NCBI GenBank assembly: GCA_040006075.1
Contig: JBDTXR010000002.1
Span: forward strand, 1,556 to 65,555
Reading direction: 5' to 3'
Source of the DNA: Byssovorax sp.
Lineage (GTDB): Bacteria; Myxococcota_A; Polyangia; Polyangiales; Polyangiaceae
Length of the DNA stretch: 64,000 nt
The notes under the pieces were generated by a model. The model was not told the origin of the DNA and made no database searches. It saw only the letters and a list, made by a program, of their open reading frames with translations. Positions 16,422 to 24,772 of this stretch are shown here, piece by piece. Position 1 is the first letter of the stretch. Each line of letters opens with the position of its first letter. Made by a program: the position numbers and the translations under genes.

Positions 16422-18038
16422 ATGACCACGCCTCCGCCGCAGCCAGGAAAATCGCCGAGGATCCGCCTCACCGACGCCGACAACGTGCGCCTCATGATGG
16501 TCGTCGAGGCGGTGGCGAGGCCGTACTACAGCCACATCAAGGACTGGCGGAAGGAGCGCACCATCGAGGCGGTGACCGCCCTCGTCTACGGCAGAGTCCA
16601 CAGCTGGACGGGTGACACTCGCGAAGCCACCTACGTCGCGTGCGACCTCTGCGGGGGCTCGCCGACGAGCGGGTGGTTCACCAATATCGTCCTCCCTCCT
16701 CTGCGCGACGGGCGGCCCACCTTCGAGGTGAGCATGGGCAAAATCGCCGCGAAATCCCCGGCGATTTGCGCCTTCTGTCTCCGGCGCGACTGGGTGGCGT
16801 GGGAGCCCGACGTCGTGGCCATCCTCGGCATCCTCGGCCGTGGATCTCCGGTCGAGCGAGACGCCGCGGGCGTGCTCGAGGACCGCTTCAACGCGTGTCA
16901 GGTCCGCATCGGCGTCGGCCGATGTACCTATTGCGGCGCCCACTCGAGCGGACTGCGCGGCCTCCGGGCCTTCGTGTGCGCGGAGTGCATGGCGACGGCC
17001 AAGGTCGAATTCGCGCGGGCCGAAGCGAAGCGGGAAGCGGAGGAGAAAGAGGCGGCGCGCCTCGACGAAGAGAGGAAGAATCGGCCCTTTCCAGCCGGGA
17101 TCCGGGCCAAGGCCAGGCGCGTGGCGGCGCACGTCGGGGTCCGTCGGGCCGAGGCGCTCGGGCCGCCGCCCGAACGGCCGCGCGACGAGGCCGCGGACGC
17201 CGCGTGGGAGGAGATGCGCCGGCGGCACGTGCGGACGTCGTCGTCCTACAGCTTCATGGAGTCCTATCTCCGGATGACCGAAACCTCGACTCCGCCTGCC
17301 GACGTCGTCGACAGCGTGGGAGCAGGCCTGGCTGCGATCCTCGAGTCCGTGGCCCTCGATGGCTATCGGCTCCGGCATCAGGGTCGCTTGACGGGGAACA
17401 AGGACGTCGTCGGCGAGTCGTGGGTCGTGCAGGACGCCGGGCGATTCCTCTGGAAAACGCCGCCGAGCCGCGCGGTGCGGGCGCGCATCGACGAGGCGAC
17501 GGTGCTGCTCCGCCGGGTGCTCTCGATGGGGATCAACTACCAGCGCTGGGACGAGGGTATGTACGACGACGTGACGATGCACTATCACCGCTTCGTCACT
17601 CACCTCTACGACTATCGCGACCCCTCCGCGAGCGCGCTGTACCAGGGGGCGCTGCTGCTCCACGGAGGTCGCGCCGAGGATCGCGAGGAGGTCGCGCGCG
17701 AGATCCACCACGCGCTGACGGGCGGGCTGGATCGACTCCTGGGCAGGCCTTTCGTGATCGTAGGCGGCGCCGAGAGCGAGGTCGTTCTCGGGGCGTTCCT
17801 GGGCGAAGCGACGGTGTACATCCCCGATCCGCTCGCGCTGTCGCGCGAGGATCAAGCGGTGCTCGCGCGCCGGCTCGCCCCCGACAACCCGGCGATGCCC
17901 ACCATCCTCGGCGCCGACGACGAGCCGAGCTTCCGCGAACAGGCCCAGTCCCGCCTGCTCGAGGAGCTCGTCCCGCGACTCTACACCTTCGAGCTCGACG
18001 TTCGACCCGAGCTCTCCCGGCGCGGCTCAGCCGGGTGA
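16422..18038 (+). CDS. hypothetical protein with two CxxC...CxxC zinc-ribbon-like motifs and a degenerate sigma-54-activator-type AAA+ region
   Basis: Part of ORF 16401..18038 (start TTG 16401 or ATG 16422). Zinc-ribbon-like motifs are CDLCGG...CAFC and CTYCGAHSSGLRGLRAFVCAEC (ClpX zinc-ribbon-like). The C-terminal ALLLHGGRAEDREEVAREIHHAL...RPFVIVGG...ATVYIPDPLALSREDQAVLARRL...LLEELVPRLYTFELDVRPELSRR parallels the bEBP central domain but lacks the GxxGxGK P-loop. Confidence 0.65.
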   Translation: MTTPPPQPGKSPRIRLTDADNVRLMMVVEAVARPYYSHIKDWRKERTIEAVTALVYGRVHSWTGDTREATYVACDLCGGSPTSGWFTNIVLPPLRDGRPTFEVSMGKIAAKSPAICAFCLRRDWVAWEPDVVAILGILGRGSPVERDAAGVLEDRFNACQVRIGVGRCTYCGAHSSGLRGLRAFVCAECMATAKVEFARAEAKREAEEKEAARLDEERKNRPFPAGIRAKARRVAAHVGVRRAEALGPPPERPRDEAADAAWEEMRRRHVRTSSSYSFMESYLRMTETSTPPADVVDSVGAGLAAILESVALDGYRLRHQGRLTGNKDVVGESWVVQDAGRFLWKTPPSRAVRARIDEATVLLRRVLSMGINYQRWDEGMYDDVTMHYHRFVTHLYDYRDPSASALYQGALLLHGGRAEDREEVAREIHHALTGGLDRLLGRPFVIVGGAESEVVLGAFLGEATVYIPDPLALSREDQAVLARRLAPDNPAMPTILGADDEPSFREQAQSRLLEELVPRLYTFELDVRPELSRRGSAG

Positions 18039-19145
18039 GAGGCCCTCGCGCAGCGCGCGGCCGATTTCGCGGGCGATCCTGGCGGTGGCCTCCTTCGCTC
18101 CACGCGACAACCCCGCGTTGAGGAAGCCGTGGATCATCCCGGCGACGCGGTCCTCGCGCACCGGGACGCCGGCCTCGCGCAGGCGCGCGGCGTAGGCGAT
18201 CGCCTCGTCCCGCAAAGGATCGAACGCGGCCGAGACGACGAGCGAAGGCGGCGCGCCGGCGAGATCGGGAGCGAAGAGCGGCGAGGCGTCGGGATCGAGC
18301 CGCCTGGCCGGATCGTTTCCGAGGTAATGATCGCGATACCACCGGATCGTCTTCTCGGTGAGATAATAGCCCTCGCCCAGCTCGCGGTGCGACGCCGAGG
18401 CGCAGGTGGCGTCGACCGAGGGATAGAGCAGCGCCGCGAGGGCCGGTCTCCGCGCGTCTCCTCGCGTCCGCAGGCCCACCACCGCCGAGAGGTTGCCCCC
18501 GGCGCTGTCGCCGCCGACGCCGATCTTCGCGGGATCGAGGCCCAGCGACTCGGCCTCTCGGGCGACCCACCGGAAGGCCGCGATCGCGTCGTCCACGGCG
18601 GCGGGGAAGCGGTGCTCGGGCGCGAGGCGGTAGTCGACGGCGATCACCCGGATGCCCCCTTGCAGCGCCAGGATCCGGCAGAGCACGTCGTGGGTGTCGA
18701 GATCTCCGGCCACCCACCCTCCGCCGTGGAAGAACACCAGACCAGGTGAGGGCGACGCGATCCCGACAGGCACGTAGCGCCGCGCGCGGAGGGCGCCCGC
18801 GGGGCCGGGGATCGGGTGATCATTGACCCTCACGGCGCCTGTCGGCGCGTCCTCGACGATCGCCGCGGACTCGGCCAGCATCCGCCGGGCGACCTCGGGT
18901 GAGCCCTTGCCCACGTCGGAGTCGTGCGTGAGATCGTCGATGGCGAGGAGGACGGCGAGCTCGGGATCGAGGCCGGCGGCGGCGCGCGATCGGCCGAGTC
19001 GGGCGGAGAGCGTGGGTGTCGCGAACAGCGCGCGGACGAGGGGACGGAGGAGCGCGACGCGGGCGCGGGACAGCGGGCTGAGCTTCACCCCGGCGAGGGT
19101 GCCCCGCCACGAGCGGCGCGTCCAGCGCAGTCTTCCGTCAGCCAC
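18027..19145 (-). CDS. alpha/beta hydrolase fold-3 (hormone-sensitive-lipase-type) esterase
   Basis: GTG start at 19145. HGGG oxyanion motif (VFFHGGGW), nucleophile elbow GGDSAGGN and a C-terminal ...DPLRDE...HGF pattern. Confidence 0.8.
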   Translation of the reverse strand: MADGRLRWTRRSWRGTLAGVKLSPLSRARVALLRPLVRALFATPTLSARLGRSRAAAGLDPELAVLLAIDDLTHDSDVGKGSPEVARRMLAESAAIVEDAPTGAVRVNDHPIPGPAGALRARRYVPVGIASPSPGLVFFHGGGWVAGDLDTHDVLCRILALQGGIRVIAVDYRLAPEHRFPAAVDDAIAAFRWVAREAESLGLDPAKIGVGGDSAGGNLSAVVGLRTRGDARRPALAALLYPSVDATCASASHRELGEGYYLTEKTIRWYRDHYLGNDPARRLDPDASPLFAPDLAGAPPSLVVSAAFDPLRDEAIAYAARLREAGVPVREDRVAGMIHGFLNAGLSRGAKEATARIAREIGRALREGLSPG

Positions 19146-19154
19146 CCACGCTGG

Positions 19155-19634
19155 TCACGAGTCGGCGAGCAGGGCGCGCCAGCCGTCGGACTCCGCAGCT
19201 CGCTTGATGACCTCGTTGCGCTCGACGAGGAAGCGGCGGAGATAGCCGGTGAGCACCAGCGCGTCGGCGATGCGGCCCAGAGGGCCGAGCGGCGACTCGA
19301 AGTCGAAGACGTCTCTCATCTCGGTCGCGTCGCCTTGCTCGTCGAAGAAGTGATCGTGATCGAAGCGCTGGAAGGCTCCTCGAACCATGGAGTCGCGAAA
19401 GTGGCGCGGGGGGTCGCAGGCGGTGATCCGGGTCGTGAGCCGCTGTCGCACCCCGAAGTGCCGCGCGCTCCACGTGACCTCTTGCCCGAGCGAGAGGAGC
19501 CCAGAGGTGATGTCGCCGACGGCGCGCTCGCCGGTCTTCGCCGTGGAGACCACGTGGAGATCGATGCTCCGCGAGAGGTCGAAGCAGCGCTGTCGCGGCG
19601 CGAGGATCCGGGTGAGGAGCTCGATGGTGGCCAT
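19155..19634 (-). CDS. SRPBCC-superfamily (START/polyketide-cyclase-like) protein
   Basis: Part of ORF 19155..19673(-). ATG 19634 (MATIELLTRILAPRQRCFDLSRSIDLH...) is the preferred start. The size and pattern are typical of SRPBCC proteins. It ends 9 nt upstream of the esterase gene start, so the two probably form an operon. Confidence 0.6.
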   Translation of the reverse strand: MATIELLTRILAPRQRCFDLSRSIDLHVVSTAKTGERAVGDITSGLLSLGQEVTWSARHFGVRQRLTTRITACDPPRHFRDSMVRGAFQRFDHDHFFDEQGDATEMRDVFDFESPLGPLGRIADALVLTGYLRRFLVERNEVIKRAAESDGWRALLADS

Positions 19635-19896
19635 GGCGGCGACGTTGTGAGCCGCACCGTGGCGCGCCGGCAAGCGAATTGACGGATCGTGCGATGAGCG
19701 TCACCAACCTCTGCGCCGCGCTTCTGCGCGACCCAGGGGATCAACCGATCCGGCACGCTTGCCCGGGCCGATGAAGCCCGGCGAGCGCCCCCGCCACGTG
19801 GGGCTGGAAGCCGCGCCGCCCTCCGGATAGTATCGGCTCTGATCCCCGAGACGCCGCCGACGGTGGCCGGCAGCTCGGGCGGATCGAGGGCCGACC

Positions 19897-22800
19897 ATGG
19901 GCGACGTGACCGCGGTGATGATGGACTGCATCACCGAAAAATCAGGGCATTCCGTGACGCCGATGGCGGTGAGCGTGTGCATCACGCCAGCGGCTCCGGC
20001 GCCGCTGCCGCTCCCGTACCCGGTGGTGGCGAGCTCGATCGAGGGCATCGGCGACGCGCCGATGCGGACCAAGATCAACGGCGCGCTGATCGGCACCGTG
20101 GGATCGGTCCTGAAGACCTGTCACGGGAACGAGCCCGGGACGCTGAAAGAGGTTGTGAGCCTCAACACCGCCGGCCCGTGCTTCATCCTCATGGGCGCGC
20201 CGGTGGTGCTCTGCGAGCTCGGGATGATGGGGATCACCGGCAGCCTGTGCATGCAGAACAAGGCCCCGACCCCCGGCGCCGGAGGCAGCGCCAGCGACGC
20301 GAGCGGAACCGGCGGCGCGGGCAGCGGCGGGGGCGAGGCGGGCGGCGGCGGGGGCTCGGGCCATGGTCCAGGCGGCCCGGCCGGCGGCGGCGGCGCGGGC
20401 GGCGGAGGGAGCAACAGCGGCGCGGCCGGGCCGGGGGCGTCGTCGGGAGCGGCGGCGGAGCATCAGTGTCAAGGCGGACACCCGATCGATCTCGTGACTG
20501 GATACGTCGTCGATGAAGCGACCGACATCTCGCTCCCCGGCGTCATCCCGCTCTATGTAAAGCGGGTCTACTCGTCGTCGCGCCGGAGCGACAAGACAGC
20601 CACGCTCGGCGCGGGCTGGGCGCACGGGTTCGAGCAGCGCCTCGTCGAGGCCGAGCGGACGATCACCCTGCGCGAGGCCGAGGGCCGCTCGATCTACTTC
20701 GCCAAGGTCAAGCCCGGTGAGAGCACGTTCCACCGGCGCGAGCGGATGACGCTGGAGCGGGATACCGACGGCGGGTATCGAGTCCACGATCACCGGACGC
20801 GGCTCACGCTCGTCTTCGCCGGTGACGGGGTCAACGCGCCGGCTCCCCTCTCCTCGATCCGCGACGCGTGGGGCAACGCGATCGTGCTCGAATACAGCGG
20901 CGCGCGGCTCCTGCGAATGATCGACACCGCGGGTCGCGAGGTGCGCGTCCTCTGGAAAGAGGCGAGGATTGCTCGGCTCGAGGTGCGCTCCGAAGACCGG
21001 TTAGAGCAATGGGTGGACTACACCTACTCGGGCTCGGGGTGCCTCACCGCCGTCACCGACGCGCTCGGGGCAACGGAGGAGTTCGAATACGACCGCTTCA
21101 ACCGCATGACCGCCGCCGTCCTCGCGACCGGCGCGCGCTTTCAGTACGAGTACGAGGCGGACACCGGGCGTTGCCGCAAGACCTGGGGCCCGAAGGGCCT
21201 CTACGCGATCGAGCTCGAGGCCGACAAGGCGACGAAGACGACGCACGTCGACGCGGAAGAGCCGCGGATCATCACCTGGAACGATCAAGGGCTCGCGACC
21301 CGCGAGGCGACCCCCGGCGGGACGATCCTCGAGGACCGCGCCTACGACGATGATGGCCTCTTGATCGCCAGGGTCAACGGCGCAGGCGAAGGCGAGCAGT
21401 ACTGGTACGACGAGCGCGGGAACCAGATCCGCAGCGTCGACGCCGCGGGAAACGTCACCGCGTGGGAGTACGACGCGCAGAGTCTGCCCGTCAGCATGGC
21501 CACGCCCGACGGGCTGGTCACCCACTATGGTCACGACGACAAGGGCGCGCTGACCAGCGTCACCTACCGCACCGGAGAGCGCTATTCCCTGGGCTACGAC
21601 GCCCGGGGCCGGCTCACCGCGGTCCACGGACCCGCCGGGCCCGTGTGGGGTTTCGAGTACGACGCGAAGCACGATCTGGTGGCCCAGGTCGACGCGCGGG
21701 GCGGCCGGACCACCTTCGAGCACGACGCGGTGGGGCGCCTCGTTCGCCGCACCGACGCGCTCGGGCGCACCTGGAACGCGACCTACGATCGGCTCGGGCG
21801 CGCCATCGGGGTGCGCTACCCGGACGGCGGCATGGTCCAGCGGGCGTACGACGCGATGGGGAAGGTCGTGCGCGAGACCGACGCGCTCGGGAACGTCACG
21901 TCGATGGAGTACGCCGGCATGGGCGTGCTCACGCGGCTGGTGCAGTGTGACGGCGGCGTCTGGACGCTCGCCTACACGAGCCACGAGCGCATCCGGGAGA
22001 TCAAGAATCCTCTCGGCGAGACCTATTCGTTCACCTACGACGACGCCGGCCGCCCGGTCGAGGAGAAGCGCTTCGACAAGAGCGAGCTCGCGTATCTGTG
22101 GTCCGACGGAGGGCGCCTGTCGCGGCTCACGTATCCCGACAAGAGCTCTCGCGCCTTCTCCCACGACCGCGTTGGCCGGCTGATCCGCGACGAGGGCAGC
22201 GACGGGAGCACCGTCGCGTACGCGCGCGATCGGATGGGCCGGATCCTCGGCGCCACGCTGGAGGAGCATGGGCGGCGGGTTCAAACGATCTTCGAGCGCG
22301 ACCCCGTCGGTCGCGTGCTGGTCGAGCGGCAGGGCGACCGGGCGATCCGCTATACCCACGAAGCGAGCGGACGGCGCACCAGCCGGGTGATGCCCGACGG
22401 CGCTACCACGCAGTATGCCTACGACGCAGGCGGCGCCCTCTCGGCGATCGATCACGACGGGCACAAGCTGGTGTTCGAGCGCGACGTCGCGGGTCGCGAG
22501 ACGCGCCGGGTGGCGGGCGGGCACGTCGCCATCCAGAGCACCCACGACGCGATGGATCAGCTGATCGAGCAGCGCGCCACCGTGCCTTCGCCGGGCGGCG
22601 GCGTCCCTGCGGTGCTGCTCCAGCGGCAATGGCAGTACGACAAGGCCGGTCGGATCACGAGGATCGACGACGCGCGGTGGGGAGCGACGGCCTACACCTA
22701 CGATCGGATGCACCGGCTCGTCGGCGCGGCGCAGGCGACGCAGCGAGAGGTGTTCGAGTACGATCCTTCGGGCTCCCTCGTCAGGATGCTCGAGGGGCTG

Positions 22801-23862
22801 GGCGGCGAGCCCCGCGGCGCAGAAGGCTGGGAGCTGAAGCCGGGCAATGTGCTCGTGCGCAGCGACAAGGCCAAGTTCGTCCACGACAAGCGAGGGCGTC
22901 GGACCGCCAGAGTCGAGCTCCCGGTCGGGGGCAACGCGCCCGCGGACGGTATCACCGAGTACGCGTGGGACATCCGCGACCGGCTGCGCGAAGTCAAGCT
23001 CCCCGGCGGCGCCCGCGTCGCGATTACCTACGACGCCTTCGGTCGGCGCGTGCGCAAAGAGGTGAGCACGAGCGCCACAACGGGCCTCCCGCGCGTCACC
23101 GAGCTCCTGTGGGACGGCGAGGTCCTCGCCGCGGATCTCGACAGCGAGCGGGGCACGCGGTGCTTCGTCCACGAGCCGGAGACGTTCATTCCGCTCCTCC
23201 AGCAAGAGCGCGGCAAGGTGCTCACCTACGTCAACGATCACCTGGGGACACCCAAAGCACTCCTCGATTCCGAGGGGCGCGTCGCCTGGTCGGCCAGGCA
23301 CTCTGCCTGGGGCCGAGTGGTCGAGACCTACGCTGATCCGCTCGCGGAGCTCGCCCGCGGCGGGTACAAGGTGGAGTCGCCCTTCCGGCTGCTCGGGCAG
23401 GTGGCGGACGACGATACTGGCCTTTGCTGGACGCGATACCGGTGCTTCGACCCGGAGGTCGGTCGCTGGTGCAGCCCGGATCCTTCGGGGCTCGTGGGCG
23501 AAGGCAACCTGTTCGGCTTCGAGGGGAGCCCGACGACGCACGTGGATCCGCTCGGACTCACCGGCGCGGCGCACCAGACAGGCGGCACGCGCGGACCCGT
23601 CGTTCCCGCGGGGAAGGCCGTCGCCGTCGAGCGCGGCCCCGGTGGGCTGACCGCGACTTCACGGCCAATGACCGTGGAGCAGGCGCGCAGGCACGTCGCC
23701 GCCGGCGGAGATGTCTACGCGGATCGGGCCACCGCCCAGGCCATCGCCGGTCGTCGCTCGACAGGGCCGGAGACGCACCCCAGAGAGGGAGAGACGCGCT
23801 TTCCCCACTATCACCAGGCGGACCATAAAGGCGGGCACATCTTCTTCGGCACCGGCGGCTGA
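19897..23862 (+). CDS. PAAR-like (DUF4150-type) - Rhs/YD-repeat polymorphic toxin with a short unclassified C-terminal domain
   Basis: The N-terminus VCITPAAPAPLPLPYPVVASS...HGNEPGTLKEVVS is DUF4150-like. A Gly-rich linker spans ~20266-20460. Many YD repeats follow (YDxxGR/N...). The Rhs core end is RYRCFDPEVGRWCSPDP...SPTTHVDPLGL, ending at 23559. A 100-aa tip follows. Confidence 0.9.
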   Translation: MGDVTAVMMDCITEKSGHSVTPMAVSVCITPAAPAPLPLPYPVVASSIEGIGDAPMRTKINGALIGTVGSVLKTCHGNEPGTLKEVVSLNTAGPCFILMGAPVVLCELGMMGITGSLCMQNKAPTPGAGGSASDASGTGGAGSGGGEAGGGGGSGHGPGGPAGGGGAGGGGSNSGAAGPGASSGAAAEHQCQGGHPIDLVTGYVVDEATDISLPGVIPLYVKRVYSSSRRSDKTATLGAGWAHGFEQRLVEAERTITLREAEGRSIYFAKVKPGESTFHRRERMTLERDTDGGYRVHDHRTRLTLVFAGDGVNAPAPLSSIRDAWGNAIVLEYSGARLLRMIDTAGREVRVLWKEARIARLEVRSEDRLEQWVDYTYSGSGCLTAVTDALGATEEFEYDRFNRMTAAVLATGARFQYEYEADTGRCRKTWGPKGLYAIELEADKATKTTHVDAEEPRIITWNDQGLATREATPGGTILEDRAYDDDGLLIARVNGAGEGEQYWYDERGNQIRSVDAAGNVTAWEYDAQSLPVSMATPDGLVTHYGHDDKGALTSVTYRTGERYSLGYDARGRLTAVHGPAGPVWGFEYDAKHDLVAQVDARGGRTTFEHDAVGRLVRRTDALGRTWNATYDRLGRAIGVRYPDGGMVQRAYDAMGKVVRETDALGNVTSMEYAGMGVLTRLVQCDGGVWTLAYTSHERIREIKNPLGETYSFTYDDAGRPVEEKRFDKSELAYLWSDGGRLSRLTYPDKSSRAFSHDRVGRLIRDEGSDGSTVAYARDRMGRILGATLEEHGRRVQTIFERDPVGRVLVERQGDRAIRYTHEASGRRTSRVMPDGATTQYAYDAGGALSAIDHDGHKLVFERDVAGRETRRVAGGHVAIQSTHDAMDQLIEQRATVPSPGGGVPAVLLQRQWQYDKAGRITRIDDARWGATAYTYDRMHRLVGAAQATQREVFEYDPSGSLVRMLEGLGGEPRGAEGWELKPGNVLVRSDKAKFVHDKRGRRTARVELPVGGNAPADGITEYAWDIRDRLREVKLPGGARVAITYDAFGRRVRKEVSTSATTGLPRVTELLWDGEVLAADLDSERGTRCFVHEPETFIPLLQQERGKVLTYVNDHLGTPKALLDSEGRVAWSARHSAWGRVVETYADPLAELARGGYKVESPFRLLGQVADDDTGLCWTRYRCFDPEVGRWCSPDPSGLVGEGNLFGFEGSPTTHVDPLGLTGAAHQTGGTRGPVVPAGKAVAVERGPGGLTATSRPMTVEQARRHVAAGGDVYADRATAQAIAGRRSTGPETHPREGETRFPHYHQADHKGGHIFFGTGG

Positions 23863-24518
23863 TGTCCGCGACACTGCACCTCTGGGGTCGCGCCCCGCGC
23901 TCGCCGGACGTCGATCCCGCAACGATCGCCGACGCGGTCGTCGCGCGAGCGCGGGCGGCCCGGCCGACGCTGCGGCTCGTCGCTCGTCATCACGACGGCG
24001 CGCTCTGCCTCGAGCCGTTCCTCGCCGGGGCCGCCTTCGACGCGCTCCGCCACATTCCGAAGAAGCGGCCTTCCGTCCTCGAAGCCCTCCGCGCGGTGGT
24101 CGAAGAGCTGTTCCTGCGCTACCGGCAGGTCGATATCGAGCTCAGCGATGCCAGGCGCTCCGCGCCGCTCGTCGATCAACGGGTGTCGCTCGCCGAGGCG
24201 CTCGACGCGGTGATCTCCGCCGACCACGCCCGGCTCTCCATCACACCGCCTCTCCTCGCCTTCCATGTCCACGAGGCCAGGGCGCGCCTCTTCGCGCCTC
24301 TCCCCGTCGAAGGCGGCGATGTCGCCACAGGCTATCTCCGCGACTTCGACGTGCTCGCGATCGACGAGCGGGAGGTGCGGTCTCTCCTGACCAGCGACCT
24401 CGCGGAGGACGGAGCGAGCCTGGTTCAATGGTCGTCCGTGGAGCTCCAGACGACCGAAGACGCTGGCCCGCCCCGGGTGCTCGGTCGAAGCGGGAGAGTC
24501 TTCTTCGGCGGCGAGTGA
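23862..24518 (+). CDS. putative cognate immunity protein of the Rhs toxin (hypothetical)
   Basis: ATG 23862-23864 overlaps the Rhs stop TGA 23860-23862 by 1 nt (TGATG). 218 aa with plausible composition and no recognised family. The role is inferred from position only. Confidence 0.55.
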   Translation: MSATLHLWGRAPRSPDVDPATIADAVVARARAARPTLRLVARHHDGALCLEPFLAGAAFDALRHIPKKRPSVLEALRAVVEELFLRYRQVDIELSDARRSAPLVDQRVSLAEALDAVISADHARLSITPPLLAFHVHEARARLFAPLPVEGGDVATGYLRDFDVLAIDEREVRSLLTSDLAEDGASLVQWSSVELQTTEDAGPPRVLGRSGRVFFGGE

Positions 24519-24772
24519 TCCGGCTCGACGCGGCGGCGACCAGCGAAACCGACGCACCCAAGCGTCGTAGACGGACCCAGATCCGAGCCATCTCCAGCGG
24601 CCCTCCGCCGCAAACCCGAGCTCGGAGCGCCTCGCAAAACGTCCCGTCGCCGGCCCGCGGATCCGCGGTGCTCGCCTTGGCCGGCTCGATCCCGGCTCGA
24701 GCCCGTTTTGTGAGGCGCTCCTCTCCGCGGCATGGACTACCGTGGCGGCCGGACCATGCAGGGAGGAACCAC

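Noticed and set aside
18027-18038. 12-bp overlap of the convergent gene ends 16422..18038(+) and 18027..19145(-).
   Set aside because: Short 3' overlaps of convergent genes are common in compact GC-rich genomes, and no hairpin or other signal is associated with it.
20266-20460. Gly-rich low-complexity DNA in the Rhs gene, and the poly-Pro-coding GGC/GGA run at about 14520-14550, as possible DNA repeats.
   Set aside because: Both are in-frame low-complexity linkers (poly-Gly and poly-Pro) with no defined repeat unit. Composition bias explains them.
19897-24518. Possible type VI secretion gene cluster around the Rhs gene.
   Set aside because: No Hcp, VgrG, TssA-M, ClpV or adaptor genes are recognisable among the neighbouring ORFs. 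Only the toxin and a putative immunity gene are present.
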